The notes beneath the pieces are model-generated. The model saw nothing but the letters and a program-made list of their open reading frames with translations. It ran no database searches and was not told the DNA's origin. A stretch of DNA of 64,000 nt from Owenia fusiformis (lineage: Eukaryota), in assembly GCA_903813345.2 (NCBI GenBank), contig CAIIXF020000001.1, forward strand, positions 36,518,001-36,582,000. Direction: 5' to 3'. Below are positions 38,544 through 49,239 of this stretch, in pieces; position 1 is the first letter of the stretch, and the number at the start of each line of letters is the position of its first letter. A program made the translations under genes and the position numbers.

Positions 38544-41500
38544 CTGTACGCCCGGTATTATTCGCGAGACTTAATTTCGCGAATTTTGCGAAAACACGAT
38601 TTCGCGGCTATTAAATTTCACAAGTTTGAAATTCATTACTATTCCAGGAATTCTCGAGCTACTCGTGTGTAAATTAAGTTAGATGTACAGTAATTGCACT
38701 TACCTGATGTCATATTTGGATGAGATTTACAATAACTGGGATCTTTATCATCGGCAAGCTGCATATCAACCTCTATTGCATCGTCATTTTTAATATTAAA
38801 GCAAAAGTGCGTGGCTCCCATAATAACTTTACCGTACTTCATACTGTATTTTATCGTATTCGGGGATTCCCCAGTATATGATGTCCAATCAAATTGCAGG
38901 CTACGATCACGTATATTTATATGTTCCACGCTTGTACTTCATGTTATTTTTAGCAATTTGAACTTCAGTTTCTATAATATCGTCGATGTCATTATTAAGC
39001 CTATGCCCATTGGTAGTAGTTGGCCTGACTAGGGTCAATACAACCCACGTGGGATTAGTTTTGGTCATGGTATAGGAAAAGTAGTACTTAAAACACTAGT
39101 TTGCTACTTTGTAGATGTATGGCACGTATATGTGTACAGTACATGTATTGACAATTAATGTTTGGTAATAGCTAGTAGGAGTGTCAGGGACCGCTGACAG
39201 ATTATAATTTTGAACCAAAAAATTGAATTATATTTTTGGCGGTCTCAGTAAATCAATGGGGTAATCAGGTCCTACGTGCTTTTTACAGGCCGAGAAATCA
39301 ATGCTCGCTTATAAATGTAGCAAAATCTTTTTTCGTTCCTGGGATATTTTTTTCACCATATAACCGAACGGGAAGTTTTTGAATAGGACTACATGATCTG
39401 AATGGATGCGAGGATTCGATGGGCTGGGATTTGAGAAATTATGATTTGAACTTTGCCAATTTTACATGTATTCCAATGGGTGAAAAAGTAAGTTGCTTTC
39501 TACCTAATATCAACCACATTTATTAGTGAATTTCGAGAAATATGTCGAATTTAGCCATATTTCGCATATCTTTATGTGAAACCATTTAAAGTTTTGCAAA
39601 TTAACCCCTAAAATTCTGGAGACGACGATCTAAATTTTGCTGAGTCAGCAATTTTTGTTTTTTCATCGAAAACAGTACTTTTCAGCCTAAATTGCTACAT
39701 TTCTGCTCTTTTATCAAGTAATTTGATGCAGTTCTTGCCAAATTAAAGGAAACATACCCCAAACGTTCCAAAGTGTGCGAAGTTCCAACATTTTGACCCT
39801 TTAAACCCACAAAAGAACCAATTTTAAAGGGACGTATTCAGTAAACCTGCACAAAAGACAATGCTACTTGAACTTGCCATCAGAACTTCGTGAAAAACGA
39901 AAAATCAATGATGTTCAGTTTAGTAAAGTAGCAAATAGTCATACTCATGAGAGAATATAAATCACTTGTGCATTTTGTACAACTTTACAGCTGTTTTAAG
40001 TAGATTAGTATCGTTATAGGCAAAAATCCCCCAAAATAGCCCAAAATTTGTCCAAAAAATCAAATTTTTCATGCTCAAGGCTGAATTATTTTGCCTATTT
40101 TGCTACATTTATCAGTGCAGTGACAAGAAGTCTTGTGGATAGCGCAACTTTTCCTGAACGTTTCTCTAATAAGATATTTTAATGACAAAATAACTACATT
40201 TAGTCTGGAATAAATTGTCACAAAATACAATTGAGCCCAGGGGTCAAGAGAACCCTATAAAATCATAAGTGCTGAGGGGATTTGAGCAAAAATGTACATA
40301 TCACTTCATAAAACCCCGAACTTTAAAATTCATATTGAACAAAATGCATATTCAGTCAACCATGACACTAATAGGGTCAATACAACCCACGTGGGATTTG
40401 TTTTGGTCATGGTATAGGAAAAGTAGTACTTAAAACACTAGTTTGCTACTTTGTAGATGTATGGCACGTATATGTGTACATGTATTGACAGTTAACAGTA
40501 GAGACGATGGGCTCGATTGCCATATCATACTGCATTTGAACGGTGATACGGCAATTGCCGTATAGAACGTCATTATTTGTAATAACGGTTATCTTTTAAA
40601 AATCTTAACAATTCCGGATTTCAAATTCGAATTAAATCATATAACATCCATAGTTAGTACAATTTTAAAGTATTTTCCATAAATAGGGGGTTTGAATTTA
40701 ATGACATGAAATATTTTGTCCGAGATATCGTTTTATTTCTACTCCAGTGCACAAGGGCCGTTTACAGCGTGAAATCCCTGAAATTGTGAAATTGCAACAG
40801 ACCCTCCTTGTACTTAATTTCGGCAATATTAAATAAAGAGATGGCATGAATTTTTTTATTCATATTAGAAGAACATATATAAAATAAACTTTTCCTCGCG
40901 TGCATTTAAATTCTACCGTGTGCAATTACTCCCGTGGGTTCTCAAAGTTTCACTCATTTTAGGCAAAAGACAAAAACGTACTTTGGGGGTTTAGGTGCTC
41001 TTCAGACATTCCAGGGGCGAGAATAACATGAAACCAGACAGGTTTTCATTTTAATTTTATCGTTTTTATAAATAACATCGTCTTCCTGCATGCATTTTGG
41101 GTTTGATTCATCCTTTACACTGACGTTTTGGGTATAAAGGTCTTGGCTTTAAGTCATTACTAGAACGCGTTCAAAGTACTAAGTACCGTTCGCATTACCA
41201 TTGTTCTCAGACGGACAATGCTGCCTGGATAAATTCGTCCAGCAACCAATTCACCCAGAAACAAAACCAAGAGACGTATGTAGCAAGTGCCATTTCTAGA
41301 AACTCAGTTTAGAGTCGGGAAAGTGACTTGAGAATGCAGGAAAACTGACCAATCAGAATGCCTGATTCCTCAGTATTTCTTAAGTGAATCTTCGATTATG
41401 GAGAAACTTTTTCACGCTCGAATTCTACCTATCCATTGCACGAGGATCGCTTCTAAAGTGATACAATCGGGAAGCTGGTTTTGTCCGTTTCACTATGACA

Positions 41501-44105
41501 TTATGCTTTTAGAAATCGACCGAGAAATGGCGGAGAAAAAGGCCGAAAAGTGTTATTTCTAAAACGGCGAGTTTGGAGAGCTAAAGTGGATTGGGACTGC
41601 AACAAAGCCGGCCAATCAGAATGCAGGATTTCTTTTGTGAAACTTGGAATTCGAGAAATCGCATTTACCTTCTATTTCCTCAGTTTTCTCGCAATTTGGT
41701 CACTACAAAATGGAACCATCAGAAAGCTTTAGTTCCGAACGTAACCATGGTCTTATTTATTTCGAAATCTGTCCACTAATAGCAAAGTTATACCCTGCGT
41801 GCAGAGTCTAGTTAAACTACACTCTGCCTAGCAGAGACCATATTGCAGTTTAGTAGCCCCACCCCCACGACGGGTACCGGTGACAGTTTGGGAAATAAAT
41901 TACTTCTGACCTACGCGCTGACCTTTCTTCCACCAATCAGCGAGCTTGAAGAAACATACGCCAAAATGCGTTCTAATTAAATATGCGCATGTCATTGGTC
42001 AATTCCGGGCTAAACGATGACGTCAGAAGGAATGACCATATATAGAACGTCGGTCAAATTTGGCCGACGAACATTGATTGGCGCGGTGAGTTCACAGGTT
42101 TATTTTAGTTTGAAAGAGTGAAGACGAAGCTCTCTTTTAAGAAGTGAAGTCAAACGAATGCAAAGGGTAGCAAAGTTATAGACTAATATGCAATTTTTTA
42201 AACAGCCAGTTTAGAGCCAGAAAGTGGATTCAGACTGCAACAACGTTATGCAAATTAGCTAGACGTATCTAGGTTAGTAGCACACGTATGTGGGTTAGTA
42301 GGTTTTCTCTGTCAAGGCCGCGCATGTATCAATATATAAGCAGATCTCGGCCGTTTCGGCATACTTCATACAGGTATGAATCGTTACGTGTACTTTCACG
42401 GAATCCACACAGATTGAAAAATGTTTATACATATTTGATAATTTCCATTTACTAGTATTAAGCTTCAATTCGTAATTATATTACACTACAGCGGAAATAT
42501 TACATTTTGCGTCTGAAAACCTACTTACTTCAACCTGAGACTAACATAAACAGATAAAAGGAATTTTAAACTTTATCCGAGAGTTGTATCTCCCGTGTTG
42601 CGCCACCCGCAATTAGATATGTATAGTCTCAGCTTCAACACAGGAGGAGGAAAGACATGTACATCATACAAACTTCATTAAAATACATACAGTTATAAAC
42701 TCATAATTATAAAGAAATTCTTGAAAGCTTTATTGCAATTGCAAATCTGCAAAGAAGACTTTATTTCGTGTATTTGGTTCCGTAATACTTGTCAAACTAT
42801 ATGCCTTCATGCACATTAGACTGCCAAGAACGTTTTTATAGCGATCTACCACGGGCAATAGATTTACTACTAAGTTTTGTTTTTTCGTGGATAATGACAA
42901 ATATTCTACCATTTCCCAAGGAAAAAATCTTTTTAACTGTGATCTTTCACAGATTTCATATCGCAAATAAACAGTATCGCATTATATAATCGACAATGTT
43001 TTGATTAAATATACTGGCCATACTAACCGACTAATAATTGATATATCTTGTTGATACTAGGTTCAGTCTATTTTCGTAATTAAAAATCAGTGATTTAAAT
43101 GCTATAGTTAATTTTGAATATTGCTTATCCAAAATAAATCGGTTGTCTCAGTGCATTTGAGATATCAAACATCAAACTTTCAATAGAAATAAAAATGTAT
43201 TTTAAAGATCGGTGTTTCAGTGTTAAGCGCAGTATTGATTATATTTAAATATTGCACTACGCTGGAGCCTAGAAAGTATAAAATGACTTTTTAATTTTAA
43301 ACCAGCGTAAAATTGAATTTCGAATTATAATATTTGCTTGAGTTGTGTTAATAGACCTTCCAGGGCTGTTGTGTTTGGGCGATAATAAAAAATAAATACT
43401 CTTAATAAAATTGACGCACGATACGGCAATTGCCGTATTATGCTTTAATAGTGCTGAGTTGCTAGACATGCGCGTTTGGAATTAAAATAAGACGATACGG
43501 CAATTGCAGTATCGTCGTTCAATTGCAATATGATACGGCAATTGAGCCCTTAATGTTTGGTAATAGCTAGTAGGAGTGTCTTATAATTTTGAACCAAAAA
43601 ATTGAATTATATTTTTGGCGGTCTCAGTAAATCAATGGGGTAATCAGGTCCTAGGTGCTTTTTACAGGCCCAGAAATCAATGCTCGCTTATAAATGTAGC
43701 AAAATCTTTTTTCGTTCGTGGGATATTTTTTTCACCATATAACCAAACGGGAAGTTTTTGAATAGGACTACATGATCTGAATGGATGCGAGGATTCGATG
43801 GGCTGGGATTTGAGAAATTACGATTTGAACTTTGCCAATTTTACATGTATTCCAATGGGTGAAAAAGTAAGTTGCTTTCTACCTAATAGCCAACTTAAAA
43901 TAGACATGTTGGTGGAAATCATCCAATTATCGCCCAATAACACTAGACAAAACATTTTACACAGAACGAAATGCATCAGAGCCCCGGGTAAAAACAAATT
44001 CCCGGGGATTTAATTGGCAACTTCGCGACGATAATTTTTCGCGATTTTAACACCCTCGTGAAAAGCGCGAAACTAAATTGCACGCGAATAATACTGGGCG
44101 TACAG
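38544..44105. mobile_element. 5.56-kb composite TIR element with TA target duplication, inserted in TCF19-B exon 4
   Basis: ta|CTGTACGCCCGGTATTATTCGCG ... CGCGAATAATACTGGGCGTACAG|ta. The empty site is visible in copy A (GTGTGATATACTATCTC, ~23051-23067). Confidence 0.9.
40509..43549. mobile_element. Nested ~3-kb element with ~55-bp imperfect TIRs at a TTAA site (Kolobok-like termini)
   Basis: GGGCTCGATTGCCATATCATACTGCATTTGAACG... / ...CGTTCAATTGCAATATGATACGGCAATTGAGCCC|ttaa. The uninterrupted site (GACAATTAATGTTTGG) is seen in the sister repeat at ~39150. There are 13 extra bases between the left TTAA and the TIR. Confidence 0.7.
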
Positions 44106-44170
44106 TACTATCTCAGGCTCCAGGCTCTGATTGTCTTCAGTTACTTCTTCAAACTGCAAATACAAGTAAT

Positions 44171-45229
44171 AACAAGAACACAAATGTGTACAAAATGTCC
44201 CCACCTATGGGTGATCCCATCAAATGATTATCCTAAAAATGAGTAGACGAGACTTTACCGACACAATTTGAGAACGGAATATCAAAAATGGCCACCTTAA
44301 AATTTACCCAGAATGCCAAAAATTAGTCAGTTCTAGATTTTCATACTAAGAACCACCCCTGAAAATTTGAAATTGATCCCTCACACAGTTAACCAGAAAA
44401 CATGTAAACAAGGCTTTACAAACAAGATTTAAGGACACTTTACAGACAAGATTTTAGGACGGAAAATCCAAAATGGCTGCCTTGACATTTACCCAGAATG
44501 CCCAAAAACTAATCAGATCTAGATTTTCATACTAAGAATCATCCCTGAAAATTTGAAATTGATCTACGAAACGGTTCACCTGAAAATGCGAAGACAAGAC
44601 TTTACAGACAAGATTTTAGGACGGAAAATCCAAAATGGCCGGCAATAAAAAAGTGATTATGAGTTTTTGCTGATTTCTTTTTACAAAATTATCACATATA
44701 ACTACTGTTAACGATAACATAGGCTTTTACAACAAAGTACACCTGAAATTATTTATAAAGCTACAAAATAGTTAAAGTATGAAAACTGAAAAACACCATT
44801 CAATATGATACAAAGTATTATCGCACGCTAACTTTTCTTAAAACATTCAAAATGGCTGACATGACTGAGCTAACAGGTCCAAAACCTAATCAGATCTAGA
44901 ATGAAGTGAGCTGAACAAGATGTTAAAGTTTCAAAAGCAACTGTGAAGCCATTTTTCTTAAAGTTTGCAGACAAGGATTTTAGCATTTGACTTCAAAATG
45001 GCCGACAGGAAGTAGCTATCGATTCAAATTTTTTTCATCCACATCTAGATGCACTCATAAGTTAACCCTGAAAATTTGAAGGTGATATCTGTAGCGGTTT
45101 TGGAGAAAACTGCCGGACGTACGGACGGACGGACAGACGGACAGACAGACGCGCATAGGCCGACAATATGGCCCCACACTATGTGATGGGGACATAACAA
45201 TATGGCCCCACACTATGTGATGGGGACAT
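44171..45229 (-). mobile_element. Non-autonomous Helentron/HINE element, copy B only
   Basis: Subterminal inverted ATGTCCCCA/TGGGGACAT; (GGAC/AGAC)n microsatellite at ~45114-45150; terminal hairpin ACACAAATGTGT. Inserted into an A-rich site (GTAATAATAAAACTC in copy A) with no clear TSD. One end carries a ~35-bp tandem duplication. Confidence 0.75.
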
Positions 45230-45522
45230 AATAAAACTCTATTTTGCACAACATTGTTTTTCATAATAATTTATTTCATGTAATAGATACAAAAATATAT
45301 ATAAGCTTAAGTTCAGTGACAGGGTTAAGTAACATAACTGTTTTATAATTGTAGAAAGATGAAGGGATGTGATTTGTCTTTTCTTATATTCAGTCTTCAA
45401 AATATGGCTGCAAAATTGGTATAAGAAAGATATATCTTGTGATTTAAAAATAATATGAAGTTTTAAAACATTTAGACATGCTAAACATTCTCTTTATTTA
45501 CCCTAGCCGACTGGTAATAGTA

Positions 45523-46045
45523 CTGTAGATTGGGTTAATTTGGCGCTACTTAATTTGGCGATTTTGCCATTTTTGCCATATTGGCGGCTATTTAATTTGG
45601 CGGATATGCAAAAAAAAAATTAAAATTAAATGCAATATTAAACTTACGCGCTGTTTGTGACTTACGATGTAAATGGGCATGTTTGGCTATGTTCATTTTT
45701 TATTTTGAGGGCCACTGGCAATATTCACCACGTTTGTACATTTTTGTGAGATCATCCTTTACATTTTGCACCTCGATCGATGCTGCTACTATACCATGCT
45801 TTTCCTTTCTAGCTTTTCCCTGAATATTAATGAGTGACTGACCAGTTCTGAGCCAATTTATGAGAGACATTTTTCGTATTTTTGGAAAAAACTAAACCGG
45901 AAGTGACCTAAATACACTGGAGGAAATACCCTAGATAATTCCCGGGGATTCATTCTAAATTTTGGCGAAGATTTATATTGGCGAATTTTTCAATTTCGCC
46001 AAATTCGCCAAATTAAAGCGGGCGCCAAATTAACCCAATCTACAG
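45523..46045. mobile_element. MITE with TA target duplication, copy B only
   Basis: ta|CTGTAGATTGGGTTAATTTGGCGC ... GCGCCAAATTAACCCAATCTACAG|ta. Empty site GGTAATAGTATATTATC in copy A (~23907). Confidence 0.9.
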
Positions 46046-48910
46046 TATATTATCTATGACTCTAAACATCTGATTGTGTTTATTGTCTTCCTTTGCTCAG
46101 AATATCCAAAATCTCAGCCAAAAAGGCTCTATTTAAAGATCCCAGACTAGAAAGACTAGTTTCACTAACTATATTGTGAGTATTCACACTTGACTTAAAT
46201 ACTGAATCATACATAATCAGGTACTACAACATCCAACCATTCCCACCTTAAATGAAGCATTATTTATTCCTGCATGACTTACCACAAACTTGACCTCTGA
46301 GTTTTTCTGGGGAGCATATTGTCCTGGAGATATCTTGACACCCTGAATGTGGCCAAATGTGACACAATCCCCTGAATTCAAGACACACTGCCCATTTACC
46401 TGAAATTACCCATTAATACATGTTCATAAATAATTACATCCTAAAACAATATGGAGCTGAAGAATTTTCTGTGAGCATGCGAAATGCCTCATATCCCTAT
46501 GTTGCTAGTTATATAAGCTTTGTTAGGTACAACAAACAACAACAATGTTACACTGACTTTAAACATTTGATTATGTTAAATAATTGATATCTTACTCAAA
46601 ACACTGCAATTGTATATAAACCAGTGCATCAATCTCATCAATAAGCTTCATGACACCAATAAACTAAAAATTTCTTCACAAAAATGCCCAAACTTTATAG
46701 GTGGTAATATTGAAATTCACAGTTGGATACAGTACTGAAACAGCTATGGAAATTTATCATCATAAATATGCTTAAAAATGCTCTGTATATTTTAACTGCA
46801 CAAAATGTTTGTTACATGAAGGGTGCAAGACCATGAACCAGAAACAAGTTGAAGGAAATTTGGACTTAAAAGTAACTGAACATGCTTCTTTAAAAAAACA
46901 TTAGTGTTCATCATATTTGACAAAATTAGCTTAGAAAAAATGGGTATGATATATTATTGATAAAATATGTGAAAGAAATCCAGAGATGACTCAAATAATG
47001 GCTAAGACAGATATTCTAATCTCGGAAAATTGTAATTTTGAACATTTTTGGATCATATCATGTGAAAGCATACTTGGAAGGAAATGTGATTTCTTGAAAT
47101 CTCAAAATCATAGATGCAATATAGAAGTACACAACTGCTTTCTAAATTAAACACTGTATCTACACAAAAAAATCAAAAAGATTCTATCATATTTGTGAAA
47201 GTTATCCTAAAATTAGAGGATAATGTTTTTTTTGGTCACCCTGTGTAAAAACAAACATATATTCAAACATTGAGAGATCAAAAAATCTTACCCTGACATC
47301 ATTCACATATGTTCCATTGAGACTCATGTCTTTTAGAACAAATTGTAAAGCACCATTTTGAGTTTCGAGACATGTGATTTCTGCCTGCCGTCGTGATATG
47401 AGTCTCTCATACTGTGTGGAGTCTATGTAGTGACTCTGTGAGGTGTCCCGCCCAAATGTGGTTCGTGCATTGTTATGGTTCTTTAGCCTGAAAAACAAAG
47501 GGAGATTTTATTTTACGAAAGGAATGATTTTTGCTTTATGAGCCCTTGTCTTCATTGTGACTTGAGTTAATCTTCCAGGCGTGGATATGTTCCACAAAAA
47601 TGAAAAATTACTTCAAATAATGAGAATAAAGGGCAATTATAAAAATTTACAAAAATCAAAATGTTACAGGGTGAGCCAAAAAAGGGCACCCAAACAAGTC
47701 TTAATAACTCAGTCACCCAGTATGGATTTGAAGTCATATTTGGTACAATTGAACCTTGTTCAATGTTCTTTCATTCTACTAAGTTTCATTAGTCTATTCA
47801 TTGGTCATGACTTTATAGCTATTTTACAAATCATTTTCAATATTTGGAAGGAACTTTTCATTTTTCAATGTTTTTTCAATTCATATCTATTGTTATTTAT
47901 GTATATATAATATTTCAATTTCATAAATTGAAACAAGTAACAAGAAACAAGTGAGACAAAGACGGGATGTTATGAAAACGAGGCTCAATTTATCGACCAG
48001 AAATTGATGAAATTACAAAAAAAAATTAGGACGAGCAATTCTGTAAGGAAATAGGTTTGTTTTGAGCATTTGACAAATCTCTTGAGAGTAAATAGTTTTT
48101 CAAAGGCCAAATATCATGCAGGGTTCTCACTAGGCTTTTAGACTCCGGAGATTCTCCGGAGTCTAATGTCTTAAAACCCTCTTGCTCCAGAGTCTAATAG
48201 CCTTTCCGGAGTCTAAATGTTTTTCCGGAGACTAATTTTACATTTTAGTCACATTATTTGCAGTTAAACCTTGAGAAAATACATAAGACTGGATACAAAC
48301 AAGAAATACATGTAGGAAGTCAAAAACCTTTGAGAAATAAATATTGGGATTCAAATAGCAAGATAATCTGAAGAAGTATGTTGAAAAGTATACTAATGGG
48401 ATATCTCTGATCTCATATGGGGGAAAAGTAATCGCAATACCGCGAAAAAGGTAGTCACAATACCGCTAAAAATCCAGGGTTTAAAAATTTCCTGGTTGGA
48501 ACCCTGTCATGATCTCAAATTTCGTGATTTGAAATTTGTGAGCGTTAAGTAAATTCTGGAAGGTAAGAGACAGTCGCATCCATAAGCTAAATCTTATTAG
48601 ATTTTATAAACTCTAGATGAAAAAGCATTGAAAGCAGCATTGTCAATTTTGTAGTGACAGGTGACAACAACAATTGTATCCAATAACTAAAACTGGAATT
48701 AAGGAAGAATATATATACATATGACAAATTCTAAATAATATACAGTAAAATGAAACAAATTGTGTCATACATTTGCTTTGTTATTGTTGTAAATCTGACT
48801 CCTTTCCAGTGCATGGCCAATCAGAAATGATGGAATTCTTACCTCAAACAATTCCCTACTTCAGGATGACTTGGAGGTATACCAATACGCCTAAGATGGA
48901 ACTCAGTCAT

Positions 48911-49239
48911 TATAGAACGATGATTTTGTACTTTTATCCTATGCAAAGGATTTAAACATGTCTAAATCGACTGAAATCTTAACAATTTTTGTGCAAATTT
49001 CTGAAAGATTAAACCGGAAATGGATGGGTTGTAACTGAAATATTGATTTTCACATGTAACGGCTCTGTTTTAATTTTGGATATTATCCCCTATAAAAATA
49101 TATAAGAATAATTAAAATGACAATAGAATTACGAAAGACATATTTGGTCAATAAATAAAATAAATATGTATTTGCACGATATGGCTAATTTACGTATTCT
49201 TGTTTCGTTCATTTCAAGTTTAGTTTTTAGTGTATACTG
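48911..49239. promoter_or_regulatory. Putative bidirectional promoter, copy B
   Basis: Near-identical duplicate of 27358-27685, including CCGGAAAT at ~49014. Confidence 0.6.

Larger units (their letters stand above)
38484..48910 (-). pseudogene. TCF19: TCF19 partial duplicate (exons 1-3 and part of exon 4; FHA only, no PHD)
   Basis: Exons 48843-48910, 47292-47487 and 46283-46399 are open with GT/AG sites. Exon 4 is split into 44106-44153 and 38484-38543 by a 5.6-kb insertion and is cut by the duplication breakpoint. Confidence 0.8.

Noticed and set aside
38639..38929. 96-aa minus-strand ORF as a stand-alone gene
   Set aside because: No recognisable domain, non-ATG start, and located inside a TE. 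Kept only as a possible captured exon.
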